A model generated the notes under the pieces. That model made no database searches. It saw only the letters and a program-made list of their open reading frames with translations, and was not told where the DNA came from. Of a stretch of 64,000 nucleotides of DNA, positions 45,679-56,024 are shown one piece after another (positions within the stretch are counted from its first letter, which is position 1; each line of letters opens with the position of its first letter). The DNA lies in contig CBDAOI010000003.1 of assembly GCA_965198005.1 (NCBI GenBank), positions 224,001-288,000 of the forward strand, written 5' to 3'. The DNA is from Spirochaetia bacterium (GTDB lineage Bacteria > Spirochaetota > Spirochaetia > SZUA-6 > Bin103). The position numbers and the translations under genes were made by a program.

Positions 45679-46728
45679 GTGGACACCCTGCGCACGACCA
45701 ACGTCTGCCTGCTGACGATTGCCCTGCTGGCGCTCGGTGCGATTCTCAAGGTCGCCCAGCCGGTATTCATTCCGCTGCTGCTCGCCTTTCTGCTGACCTA
45801 CGTCATGGACCCGCTCATGCTCCTGCTGCGGCGCGCACTGCCGGTGTGGCTGGCCACCCTGATCACCGCGCTCGTGTTTCTCGGCGTGCTGACCGGGTTC
45901 GGCATACTGGCCTGGGTCAACCTCGCGGCCCTCGGGCGTGGTCTGCCCGCCTATCAGGATGCTCTGATGGAGATGGTGCGTGCCGTCAACGACTGGCTGC
46001 AGGCGCTGGCCGGGATGCAGTTGTTCGAGATCGACGTCGATCTGTTCGAGGAGCTGCGCACGGTCTCCATTCCCAGCGTGGTGTTCAGCACCGCCCGCTC
46101 GACCGTGTCGGTAGTCCTGCTGTTCCTGCTGATCTACCTGTTCGCGGTGCTGTTTCTCGCCGGGAAGCACTACTTTCCGCGCAAGCTGCTGCGCGCGTTT
46201 CCCCGCACCCAGGACGGGAATCCGAACAAGGTGCCGGTTATTCTGCGCCACATCGACACCAGTCTGCGCCGCTTCATCGCCGTGAAGACGCTGATCAGTC
46301 TGGTCATCGGCACCGCCACCGGGATCGTGGCGGCGCTGTTCGGGGTGGCGTTCCCCGTGGTGTGGGGTCTGCTGACGTTCGTGCTCAACTTCATTCCCAC
46401 GGTCGGCTCCACGGTCGCGGTGGTCGCCATCTTCCTGTTCGCGCTGGCGCAGTTCGGCAGTCTGGGGCCGGCGGCCGCGGTGCTGGCGTGCACCGCCGCG
46501 CTGCAGGCGTTCAGCGGCACCTACGTCGAGCCGAAGCTGATCGGCGACGCGCTCAACCTGTCGCTGCTGGTGGTGTTCATCTCCCTGCTGTTCTGGGGCT
46601 GGCTGTGGGGACCCGCCGGGGTTCTGCTCGCCGTGCCGATGACCTCCGCGGTGAAGGTCATTCTCGAGAACATCCCGCTCACGGCGCACCTGGTCACCCT
46701 CCTCGAGCACCCGCGCAGCCGCTACTAG
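45679..46728 (+). CDS. AI-2E family transporter
   Basis: LNFIPTVG, EPKLIG, WGWLWGPAGVLLAVP. Confidence 0.9.
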   Translation: MDTLRTTNVCLLTIALLALGAILKVAQPVFIPLLLAFLLTYVMDPLMLLLRRALPVWLATLITALVFLGVLTGFGILAWVNLAALGRGLPAYQDALMEMVRAVNDWLQALAGMQLFEIDVDLFEELRTVSIPSVVFSTARSTVSVVLLFLLIYLFAVLFLAGKHYFPRKLLRAFPRTQDGNPNKVPVILRHIDTSLRRFIAVKTLISLVIGTATGIVAALFGVAFPVVWGLLTFVLNFIPTVGSTVAVVAIFLFALAQFGSLGPAAAVLACTAALQAFSGTYVEPKLIGDALNLSLLVVFISLLFWGWLWGPAGVLLAVPMTSAVKVILENIPLTAHLVTLLEHPRSRY

Positions 46729-46806
46729 CGCCCGGGCGGCGGTCTTGGGGACGTGCCGGCAGGCGGCCGGCGCGCAGCCGATGCGCCTGCCGCCAGTCGG
46801 TTCCGG

Positions 46807-49695
46807 CTACTCGGCGTCGCCGGCGCCGGCGCCGGCGTCTTCGGCCGCCTCGGGCAGCAGCACCACGCGCACGTAGCGGTCACGGTTGAGGTAGCGGCGC
46901 GCCGCGTCGACCACCTGCTCCAGGGTCAGCGCCTCGAGCCGCTGGTCGAAGGCGGGAATCACGCCGAACTCCTCGGCGCGTTCGACCACCGCCTCGATCT
47001 GGCCCAGCCAGAAGCCGTTCTCGCGTTGCTGCTCCTCGCGCGCCGCGCTCAGCAACTCCTTGGCGGTGTCCAGATAGCTCTGCTCGCCGCCGCCGAGCAG
47101 CCAGTCCACGGCCCCGAACACCTCCTCCAGCAGTTCGTCGGCGCGGGCCGGGTCGCTGCCGAAGTCGACGAACACCCGATACTCCGGGTCGGGCAGCAGC
47201 GACGCCGAGGCGCCGACGTAGATCGAGTAGGTGCTGCCCAACTCCTGCTCGACGCGCTCCCGCACCTTGGCTTGCAGCATCTCCTTGAGCGCCGCCAGCG
47301 CCATCGCCTCCGGCCGGCTCCACTGCATCTCGCCGGCGAACACCAGCCGCGAGCGGCTACGCGGTTCTATCCCCTTGTACACGGTGAGGTCCACCACGCC
47401 CGGCGGCGGGTCGATCTCCAGATCCTGCCACTGCTCGCTGCGGCCGGCCGCCGGCAGCGAGGCGAGGTAGGTGCCGGCCAGGGTGCGGAGCTGGTCCCAG
47501 TCGAATGCGCCGACGATGACGAAGGTGAAGTCGCCGAGGTCGGCGAACCGATCGGCGTAGACCGCGGTCGAGCGCTCCAGGCTCATCTCGTCCAGCACTT
47601 CCACCGTGAATGGCCGCGAGCGGAAGTGGTCCTGGCTCAGCGCGCTGCGGATCGTGTCCGCGAACACCGCGTCGGGCTGGGCGCGCCGGTTCTCGATATT
47701 GCTGCGCAGGCGCGAGGAGTAGGAGGCGTAGAAGGTCGGATCCAGCCGCGGCTCGGTGGCGTACAGGGTGATGAGCTGGAACATGGTCTCCAGATCCTCC
47801 GGCGAGGCGCTACCGGAGAATCCCTCGAACAGAGAGCCGACGTAGGGCTCGGCGGTGGCGGTATTCCCGGCCAGCAGCTTCTCCAGCGCGACCCGGTCGT
47901 GCACCCCGGCGCCGCTGCCCTCGACGATGTTGTCGGCGGTGATGGCGGCGATGTAGTCGCTGTCCGCCACCAGCGACGTGCCGCCGGGGCTGGTCGCGGT
48001 CAGCAGCACCTCGTCGTTGCGGAAGTCGGTCTGCTTGGCGATCACCGTCACGCCGTTGGACAGCCTCCAGCGTACCGCGTCGACCGCCGCGATCGGCTCC
48101 TCCGCGGTGATGCTGCCCGGCTCCGGCAGCTCCGCCATCAGCGGCACGTCGCTGGCCACGTCCTCGTACGGGGCGACCTCCAGGCCGGCGGCCCCGTGCA
48201 GCGTGGCCAGCAGCGCCTGCTCCACCTCCGGGCCGGAGGCGACCGCGTCCGATCCGCTGACCATGGCCACCGTGCTCTCCAGCGTGACCCACGGCTCCGC
48301 CAGCCGGTTGACGTCCTCCAGCGTGATCTCCGGCAGGAGCTCCTGGTGCAGCCGGTACTCCGCCTCGATCCCGGGCACCGGCTCATTCTCCACGAAGTGG
48401 CGGACGTACTCCTGGGCGAAGATCACCGACGGCCGTTGATCGCGCTCCAGGTACGCGCTTTCCATGCCGCGCAGCAGGTTGGCCTTCTCGCGCTCCAGCT
48501 CGGTCGCCGTGAACCCGTAGCGCAGGATGCGCTGCATCTCCTCCAGCATCGTGGCCAGCCCGCGCTCGACGCCGTCCTCGTCCACCTGCGCGATGGCGTA
48601 CAGGACCGCGGTGTTCGCCAGCAGCAGCCCCTGCCCGAACCACGCCCCGACGAACGGCGGGTCGGCCACCTGGGTGCGTTCGAACAGCCGCGCGTTGGCC
48701 ATCATCGAGAACAGCGACTTGGTCAGCAGCAGCCGGTACGCGGCCAGGTTCTGGCCCGTCTGCGGCGGCAGCTTGGCGTAGATCCGCACGGTGGTGGAGC
48801 TCATCTCCGGATCGGTATTCACCGTCACGCGCGGCGCGGCATGCGGCGGCAGCGGGTAGTCGGGGCGCACGGTGGGCGTCTGCGGCCGCGCCGCGCGCTC
48901 CTGGTAGGCCTCACCCTCCGGCGGCGGCGCGAAGTGGCGGCGGATGTCGGCCACGATCTGCTCCGCGTCGAAGTCGCCCACGGCGATCACCGCCATCAGC
49001 TCGGGCCGGTACCAACGCTCGTAGAAGGTGCGCAGGTCGTCCGCGGTAGCCGCCTCGATCACCTCGGGCAGGCCGATCGGCAGCCGCTCCGAGTAGCGCG
49101 ACTCCCCGAACAGCACCGGGTACTCCAGATCCCGGATCCGCGCCCCCGCGCCGCGGCGCGTGCGCCACTCCTCCAGCACCACGCCGCGTTCCCGCTCCAC
49201 CTCATCCGGATCGAAGGCGATCGCGTAGGCCCAGTCGCTGAGAATCTCGAACGCGGTCTCGGTGATCTCCGGGTCGTCGGTGGGAATCTCGATCTTGTAG
49301 ACGGTCTCGTCGAACGAGGTGTAGGCGTTGAGGTCGGGGCCGAACTTGGAGCCGATCGACTCCAGGTAGTCGATGATCTCCTGACCCGAGAAGCGCTCGG
49401 TGCCGTCGAACGCCATATGCTCGGCGTAGTGCGCCAGCCCGCGCTCGCGCTCCTCCTCGAGCACCGAGCCGGCGCGCACCGCCAGCCGGAGCTGGGCGCG
49501 GTTGCGCGGCTCGGCGTTGTGCTTGACGTAGTAGGTCAGACCGTTGCTGAGCGTGCCGCGCAGCACCTCGGGATCGAACGGCAGGTCGCTTTCGGGAGCC
49601 TGGCTCCAGGCGAACGGGACGATGACGACCAGCGCCGCGAGGACCGCGGCGAACCGGGTGACGAACCGAAAAATGTTGGACTGCATGATGAACAA
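46807..49695 (-). CDS. M16 (insulinase/PqqL-like) zinc protease
   Basis: Signal peptide, GLAHYAEHMAF (HxxEH), NAYTSFDETVY, WYRP. Confidence 0.93.
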   Translation of the reverse strand: MFIMQSNIFRFVTRFAAVLAALVVIVPFAWSQAPESDLPFDPEVLRGTLSNGLTYYVKHNAEPRNRAQLRLAVRAGSVLEEERERGLAHYAEHMAFDGTERFSGQEIIDYLESIGSKFGPDLNAYTSFDETVYKIEIPTDDPEITETAFEILSDWAYAIAFDPDEVERERGVVLEEWRTRRGAGARIRDLEYPVLFGESRYSERLPIGLPEVIEAATADDLRTFYERWYRPELMAVIAVGDFDAEQIVADIRRHFAPPPEGEAYQERAARPQTPTVRPDYPLPPHAAPRVTVNTDPEMSSTTVRIYAKLPPQTGQNLAAYRLLLTKSLFSMMANARLFERTQVADPPFVGAWFGQGLLLANTAVLYAIAQVDEDGVERGLATMLEEMQRILRYGFTATELEREKANLLRGMESAYLERDQRPSVIFAQEYVRHFVENEPVPGIEAEYRLHQELLPEITLEDVNRLAEPWVTLESTVAMVSGSDAVASGPEVEQALLATLHGAAGLEVAPYEDVASDVPLMAELPEPGSITAEEPIAAVDAVRWRLSNGVTVIAKQTDFRNDEVLLTATSPGGTSLVADSDYIAAITADNIVEGSGAGVHDRVALEKLLAGNTATAEPYVGSLFEGFSGSASPEDLETMFQLITLYATEPRLDPTFYASYSSRLRSNIENRRAQPDAVFADTIRSALSQDHFRSRPFTVEVLDEMSLERSTAVYADRFADLGDFTFVIVGAFDWDQLRTLAGTYLASLPAAGRSEQWQDLEIDPPPGVVDLTVYKGIEPRSRSRLVFAGEMQWSRPEAMALAALKEMLQAKVRERVEQELGSTYSIYVGASASLLPDPEYRVFVDFGSDPARADELLEEVFGAVDWLLGGGEQSYLDTAKELLSAAREEQQRENGFWLGQIEAVVERAEEFGVIPAFDQRLEALTLEQVVDAARRYLNRDRYVRVVLLPEAAEDAGAGAGDAE

Positions 49696-49727
49696 GATAC
49701 CGGCCCGTTCATGGTAAGGTCAGCGGG

Positions 49728-50657
49728 GTGGCCGATTTCGTTGAGAAAATCGGCGGCGGCGGCGAGTTGCCGGTGGTCGCGATCACGATGGGCGATCCGG
49801 CCGGGGTGGGGCCGGAAGTCGCGGTCAAGGCGCTGCAGCACGCCGCGGTGCGGCGCGTCTGCCGGCCGGTGGTGGTGGGCGATCCGGCCGTGCTGGCGGC
49901 GGCGGCCCGGATCTGCGGCAGCCGCGCGGCAGTGGTGCCGGTGGCGGCGCCGCCGGCCGCGGCCGCGGCCGGCGCGTGGGTGGGCGGGCGCATCAACGTG
50001 GTGGCGAGCGGCGGCCTGGAGCCGGCGGAGCTGCGCCGCGGCGTGGTGTCGGCGGCCGCGGGGGACGCCGGCTATCGGGCGATCGCGCGCGCCGTCGAGC
50101 TGGCGCAGGCGGGCGCCGCGGCGGCCACGGTGACGGCGCCGATCCACAAGGAGGCGCTCAACCGCGCCGGTCACCGGTTCGCCGGCCAGACCGAGATCTA
50201 TGCCCAGCTCACCGGCACCCGCGACTACGCGATGCTGCTGATGGCCGGGGCGCTGCGCGTGGTGCACGTCTCCACCCACGTGTCGCTGCGCGAGGCGTGC
50301 GCGCGCGTCACCCGGCGACGGGTGGAGACCGTGATCCGGCTGGCGCACGCCGCCGGCCGCATGCTCGGCATCGCGCGGCCGCGCATCGGGGTGGCGGGGC
50401 TCAATCCCCACGCCGGCGACGGTGGTCTGTTCGGCAACGAGGAGGCGGCCGAGATCGTGCCGGCGATCCGCGCGGCGCGGGCGGACGGCGTCAACGTCAC
50501 GCTCGGCATTCCGGTGATCCGGGTGTCGGTGGACCACGGCACGGCGTTCGACGTGGCCGGCACCGGCCGCGCCTCGGAGGCGAGCATGGTGCAGGCGATC
50601 CTGTGCGCGGCGCAGATGGCCTGCGCGGCGCAGATGGCCGCGCACCGCGCGCGATGA
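49728..50657 (+). pseudogene. pdxA: PdxA-family dehydrogenase with in-frame internal deletion
   Basis: TMGDPAGVGPE, TAPIHKE, LNPHAG and SVDHGTAFD are present. The GP.PPDT...MYHDQG block is absent. Confidence 0.8.
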
Positions 50658-50974
50658 TCATCGCCACCGCGGCCACCATCGCCGGCCACCGCATCGTCCG
50701 TACCATCGGCCTGGTGCGCGGCACCACGGTCCGCAGCCGCCACGTCGGCCGCGACCTCATGGCCGGCCTCAAGACGATCGTCGGCGGCGAGATCGCCTCC
50801 TACACGACAATGATGGAAGAGGCGCGCGCGGAAGCGCTGCAGCGCCTGGTCGCGGACGCCGAGGCGCGCGGCGCCAACGCCATCACCGACCTGCGCTTCA
50901 GCACCGCCGCCGTCATGAGCGGCGCCGCCGAGGTCCTGGCCTACGGCACCGCCGTGACCGTTGCGCCGGAGTAG
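50654..50974 (+). CDS. YbjQ/UPF0145 family protein
   Basis: GLVRGTTVRSRHVGRD..AGLKTIVGGE, GANAI, EVLAYGTAV. Confidence 0.92.
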   Translation: MIIATAATIAGHRIVRTIGLVRGTTVRSRHVGRDLMAGLKTIVGGEIASYTTMMEEARAEALQRLVADAEARGANAITDLRFSTAAVMSGAAEVLAYGTAVTVAPE

Positions 50975-51224
50975 CGCCGCCGGCCGGTACGGGTAGGGTC
51001 AGGAAGGGGTCCCCGCATCAGGTTCGAGACGGTTGGCGCGTGACTCGATTTCCGCGCACCGCAGCATAATCACCTCGGACGACGCTGCGCGCCCCACAAT
51101 ATCGACAACACGGGCCGTCAGCTCGTGACCGTTTGCGTCGGTGAGACGCAGAGGCTCGCCGAGCATGAAGTGCAACGGTTGCGGCTGTCCCTGGTTGACG
51201 GCGATGTTGGAGGTGTAGAGGAAG

Positions 51225-51659
51225 GTGCGGTCGATGGTGTTGCTCGTGGCAGGGCGCACGGATCGAAGCTTGGTGACCAAGCACCGGCGCCTGAGGGAAT
51301 TCACGACTGAGGACTACGATCGCCTGGTCGACCTGATCATCCGGTTCGGCACGGTATTCGTCACGCCGAACACACTGACGGAAGCCTCCAATCTACTGGC
51401 TCAGCATGGAGATCCTGAGCGGACACTCTGTTTCGGTACGCTGAAGCTACTTATCGAGGAAAGCGAAGAGATCGTCATCGCCAGTGTCGACGCATCGCGC
51501 AACAGTGCGTTCGAGCGGCTCGGACTCACGGATGCCGTATTACTGGAGGCCGTCTCCGCTACGAGACCGCTGGTCACCGTGGATCTCGATCTCTGGTTGG
51601 CAGCTTCCCGGAAGCTCCCGAACGCGGCTCTCAACTTCAGGCATCTGACGCCGCGGTGA
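51225..51659 (+). pseudogene. PIN-domain protein, 5'-truncated
   Basis: VTPNTLTEASNL, RLGLTDA, LVTVDLDL. The first PIN Asp motif is missing. Confidence 0.65.
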
Positions 51660-51694
51660 TCGGTTGCCAATCGAGGAGTTGTGCCCCGGAGCCC

Positions 51695-52894
51695 TCAGGT
51701 GAGCGCGCGCAGGCCGGTCACGAAGCGGTCGAGGCCGGTGCCGGCGGCGCGCGGGGTGAGGGCGCCGTAGCCGAGGCGCAGGGCACAGCCGGCCACGCCG
51801 AAGGCGCTGCCCGGCAGCACCGCGACCCGGTGCTCGGCGATCAGCCGGCGGGTCAGGTCCATCGGGTCCAGCTCGCGCCGCACGCGCAGCAGCACGTAGA
51901 ACGCCCCCTCCGCGCGCACCGGCGCGCAGCGGTCGGCCAGCGCCGCCAGCGCCGCCAGCACGGTCGCCCGGACCTGCTCGATCCGCGCCCGCTGCTGCAG
52001 GCACCAGGCGCGTCCCGCCTGCAGCGCGCCCACCGCGGCCGCCTGACTGGCCAGCGGCGGGCAGATCACCACGGTGTCCTGGATCTTGGCCACCGCGTCG
52101 TACAACCCGGCGGGAATGGTCATGTAGCCGATGCGCCAGCCGGCGAAGCCGTAGCTCTTGGACAGCGAGAACAGCGAGATCGTGTGCCCGCGCGCGTCGC
52201 TCAGCGAGCCGGGCGAGAAGTGCGGCCGGTCGCCGTAGGTGAAGTACTCGTAGGCCTCGTCGTGGACGTGATAGATGCCGCGCTCGGCGCACAGCCGGTT
52301 CAGCGCCTTCAGGGCGGCGGCCGAATACACGGCGCCGGTGGGGTTGTTGGGCGAGATCGACACCACGGCGCGGGTGCGCGGACCGACCGCGCGCGCGATG
52401 GCAGCGACGTCCAGGTGCCAGGCAGCGTCGGCGGGCACGATCACCGGCCGGCAGTTGGCGATCGCCACCGCCATCTCGTGGTTGAAGTAATAGGGACTGA
52501 TCAGAATGATCTCGTCGCCGGGGTCGGCGATCGCCAACAGGGCGTTGACGAACGCCATGTTGCCGCCGGCGGTCACCACCAGCTCCCGTTCGTCGCGGAG
52601 CTCGATGCCGTTCTCGGCGGCGAGCTTGGCCCGTAGCGCCGCGCGCAGCGGCGGGATGCCCCACACCGCGCCGTAGCGGTGGTCCGCCGCATCCGTGCCG
52701 AATCGGCGCAGCGCCTCGTGCGCCTGCGGCGGCGGTCCGTACCAGACCACGCCCTGGCCCAGCGAGATGGTGTCGGGGTAGTCGCGGATCAGTCCGTGGA
52801 TGATCGGGATCACCGGCGGCTGCACCGCCTCCAGCCGGAGCGACTGGCCGGGGCGGGCGTGGCTCGGGTGCCCGCCGCTGCCTCCCCCGGACAT
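51695..52894 (-). CDS. PLP-dependent class I/II aminotransferase
   Basis: ISLGQG, SPNNPTG, DEAY, SLSKSYGFAGWRIG. Confidence 0.92.
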   Translation of the reverse strand: MSGGGSGGHPSHARPGQSLRLEAVQPPVIPIIHGLIRDYPDTISLGQGVVWYGPPPQAHEALRRFGTDAADHRYGAVWGIPPLRAALRAKLAAENGIELRDERELVVTAGGNMAFVNALLAIADPGDEIILISPYYFNHEMAVAIANCRPVIVPADAAWHLDVAAIARAVGPRTRAVVSISPNNPTGAVYSAAALKALNRLCAERGIYHVHDEAYEYFTYGDRPHFSPGSLSDARGHTISLFSLSKSYGFAGWRIGYMTIPAGLYDAVAKIQDTVVICPPLASQAAAVGALQAGRAWCLQQRARIEQVRATVLAALAALADRCAPVRAEGAFYVLLRVRRELDPMDLTRRLIAEHRVAVLPGSAFGVAGCALRLGYGALTPRAAGTGLDRFVTGLRALT

Positions 52895-53560
52895 CAGGGC
52901 ACCAGCACCGCCGAGCCGCTCAGCCGGCCGCGGCGTACGGCATCCAGCGCGGCGTTGGCGGCGCCCAGGGCGAAGGTCTCGTAGTCGGCGCGCAGCCCGC
53001 AGGCGGCCGCGCGCGCCAGGAACTCGGCGCCGTCGCGGCGCGTCAGATTGGCCACCGAGCACAGCTCGCGCTCGTGCCACAGGGCGGCGTAGGGAAAGCC
53101 GGGAAGGTCGCTCATGTGGATGCCGGCGCATACTACCACGCCGCCGCGCTCGACCGCCGCCAGGGCCGCCGGCACCAGCCCGCCGACCGGGGCGAAGATG
53201 ATGGCCGCGGCGGGCGGCTCGGGGGGCGCCGCGGCGGAGCCGCCCGCCCAGGCCGCGCCGGCCGCGCGCGCCTGCCGCTGCTTGCGCACGTCGCCCGGGC
53301 GGGTGTGGACGAACACGGTGCGGCCGTCGGCGCGCGCCACCGCCAGCAGCAGTCGCGCCGCGGAGCCGAAGCCGTACAGCGCCAGCGCGCCGGCGGCGTC
53401 GTCGAGGGCCGGCCGGGCGCGGCGGTAGGCGCGGTAGCCGATCATGCCGGCGCACATCAGGGGGGCCACGGCGGCTGCCGCGGCGGGGTCGCTGCCGCCG
53501 GCCGCGTCCAGTGGAAACACGTAGTCGGCGCGCGCGGTCAGCAGTTCGGCGTAGCCGTAG
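52894..53560 (-). pseudogene. Zinc-dependent alcohol dehydrogenase, N-terminal half lost
   Basis: GYAELL..ADYVFP, APLMCAG, YGFG, SVANLTR. Homology stops abruptly at 53560. Confidence 0.8.
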
Positions 53561-53970
53561 CTAAGCTAAGCTAACATATCCAGGAGGCGGATGGTTGTCG
53601 GTCTGGTCATCTTCCTGCACCTCCTGCAACGCCACCAACGCGGCGGCTAAGACGTCACGGGCATATCGTCCGGCTACCGCCAACGTCTCGAGGGCTCTCC
53701 GAGCCCTGGACAGGCGGATCACCTCATCCCGATAAAAGTCAACCACAACCCGTGGCGAGGTCGTAAACGGCAGCCCCATGATACGACACGTGCGGATGGC
53801 GCGACCGTCATCGGACAACAAGAGGTCGGCGTCAGCGTCGAACCAAAGTTGGATAGCCGCCGCTTCGCCGCGACCAAGTGCAAGCGGCAGGCTCCGGCCC
53901 GAGACCACCCTGACCACCCGCACCGTGCCCTCCTTGACAACTTCCGCAACGATGGCCGCATCAGTGTGCC
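53561..53970 (-). pseudogene. PIN/DUF3368-like protein fragment
   Basis: LGRGEAAAI..LLLSDDGRA motif, with the N-terminus missing. Confidence 0.65.
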
Positions 53971-54049
53971 GGCGGGTGCGTGGCGGGCCCCGTATCAGCC
54001 GTCCCAGCGCTACTACCTGCGCTGCCGCCGGTGCGGACGCTGGAGGAGG

Positions 54050-54940
54050 TCAGGATGACGTTCGTGGAACGGGTAGCCGAGTATCGGCACCCAGACGACC
54101 CACACCGCCCTTCAGCCGGGGATCGAGCAGGTCTCTGAGCGCATCACCGAGCATATTCAGACTGTACACCACCACCGTCAGGCAGAGGCCCGGCCAGATG
54201 GCCAGCCAGGGCGCCAACTCCATGAACCGGCGCCCGTCGTTGCTGAGCATCCCTCCCCAGGTGGCGACATTCGGGGGGAGACCGAAACCGAGGAAGCTCA
54301 GCGAAGCCTCGGCCATGATGACGCCGCCAATGGTCACGGTGAAGGTGATGATCATGGGCGCCATGATGTTGGGCAGCACGTGACGGAAGATGGTCCTGGT
54401 CGCGCTCGCGCCAAACGCCTCGGCCGCCTGCAGATACATGTTCTCCCTGATGCCGATGACGGCGCTGCGCGCGATGCGCGAGCCGCCAATGCCGCCGCTA
54501 ATGCCCAGCACCAGTACGGTCTGCAGCAGACCCTGGCCGACCAGCGACATCACCGTGATCAAGATGAGCAGCCCCGGGAACGCCATCCAGGCGTCGACGA
54601 ACCGCTGCACCACCATATCGAGCTTGCCGCCGAAGAACCCGGTCGTGGTGCCGATCAGCATCGCTACCACCATGTTGATACTGGTTGCTGCCAGGCCGAC
54701 GACGAGCGACACGCGCGCCCCGTAGATGATTCGGCTGAGCACGTCTCGCCCCAGCTGGTCGGTACCCAGCAGGTATTTCCCTGACGGGCCGGTTAGCCGG
54801 TCTAACATGTGGGGCTCACTCATCGGGAAGGGCGCCAGTACGTCGGCGAAGATACCGGTGAACAGCAGCAGCAGCACGATGATGCCGCCGAACGTGCCCA
54901 GCGGCTTCTCCCGGACCAGCCTCGAGAGGAAGTCACTCAT
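54050..54940 (-). CDS. Peptide/nickel ABC permease (DppC-like)
   Basis: Paralog of 2837..3802. Confidence 0.93.
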   Translation of the reverse strand: MSDFLSRLVREKPLGTFGGIIVLLLLFTGIFADVLAPFPMSEPHMLDRLTGPSGKYLLGTDQLGRDVLSRIIYGARVSLVVGLAATSINMVVAMLIGTTTGFFGGKLDMVVQRFVDAWMAFPGLLILITVMSLVGQGLLQTVLVLGISGGIGGSRIARSAVIGIRENMYLQAAEAFGASATRTIFRHVLPNIMAPMIITFTVTIGGVIMAEASLSFLGFGLPPNVATWGGMLSNDGRRFMELAPWLAIWPGLCLTVVVYSLNMLGDALRDLLDPRLKGGVGRLGADTRLPVPRTSS

Positions 54941-55898
54941 AGCGCACCCTGGGATCCAGGTAGGCGTAGGTGAGGTCGATGCCGAGATTGATCACCATCA
55001 CGGCAGTTGCCAGCATCAGGTTGATGGCAGAGACCAGGTGATACTCCCGCAGGCTGAGGGCCTTCAGCAGCAGACGGCCTATGCCGGGGAGGACAAAGAT
55101 CTGCTCGATGATGACCGACCCCCCGATGAGGATGGGCAGCTGAAAGCCGACGAGGGTGACCACCGGGATGAGGGCATTCTTCAAGGCATGCCGCATAACG
55201 ACTACCCTCTCCCTCAGCCCCTTCGACCAGGCGGTTCTGATGTAGTCTTGGCGCAGGACCTCCAACGCCATGGTGCGCGTCATGCGCATGGTGGTTCCCG
55301 AAAGGGCCATCCCCAGGACCGCGGCCGGGAGGAGAAACATCCGCAGATTGCCCAGCGGGTCGTCCGCGAAGGTGATCAGTTCCAACGGCGGTGACCATCC
55401 CCACCAGATCGCGGGGTAGACCATGATGATAGTCGCCGTCCAGAAGCTGGGGACTGAAATGAAGATGATGGCGAGGCTGCGCCCGCCGTAGTCGCCGGCG
55501 CTATCCTGCCGAATCGCCGAGTAGATGCCTATCGGCAACGATATCAGCAGTCCGATGAGAACGGCAAACACCCCAAGCTCGAAGGTCACCGGAAGCCTGG
55601 GAAGTATCTCCTCGACAACAGGCTGGTCTCCCCTGAGCATCGTGCCCAAGTTCCCCTGAAGTATTTGGCCAATCCAGCGACCATACTGTACGTGTATTGG
55701 CACATCCAGACCGAGGCGGCGCTCAATGGCCTCACGGTCCAGGGAACCGCCAGAATAGCCTGACTCAGGCCCCATTTCAATGGCCATCACGTCGATGATG
55801 TCACCGGGGATCAGGCGAATGAACAGAAAGACCAGGCTGGACACAATGAAGAGGGTCGGGATCAGCAGCAGCAGCCTTCTGATTATGTAGGTGCGCAC
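54933..55898 (-). CDS. Peptide/nickel ABC permease (DppB-like)
   Basis: Paralog of 3804..4769. Confidence 0.93.
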   Translation of the reverse strand: MRTYIIRRLLLLIPTLFIVSSLVFLFIRLIPGDIIDVMAIEMGPESGYSGGSLDREAIERRLGLDVPIHVQYGRWIGQILQGNLGTMLRGDQPVVEEILPRLPVTFELGVFAVLIGLLISLPIGIYSAIRQDSAGDYGGRSLAIIFISVPSFWTATIIMVYPAIWWGWSPPLELITFADDPLGNLRMFLLPAAVLGMALSGTTMRMTRTMALEVLRQDYIRTAWSKGLRERVVVMRHALKNALIPVVTLVGFQLPILIGGSVIIEQIFVLPGIGRLLLKALSLREYHLVSAINLMLATAVMVINLGIDLTYAYLDPRVRYE

Positions 55899-56024
55899 GG
55901 CTCCTCAGTGGTTGGCGGAATCCTGGTCATAGACTCGAGGCAAGCGGCGGGGGGTCCAAGCCCCCACCACCTGCCCCTCATGAGCAATGGTTGTCCCCAG
56001 CTCCCTTTTCCCTAAGGTCAGCCA

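Noticed and set aside
46753-50133. Long antisense ORFs (1126 aa here; also 32759-35473, 27942-30002, 35452-37227)
   Set aside because: Shadow ORFs opposite well-supported genes in high-GC DNA, with no recognisable motifs.
50999-51240. Minus-strand coding fragment abutting the PIN remnant
   Set aside because: Looks coding but is truncated at both ends and could not be assigned to a family.
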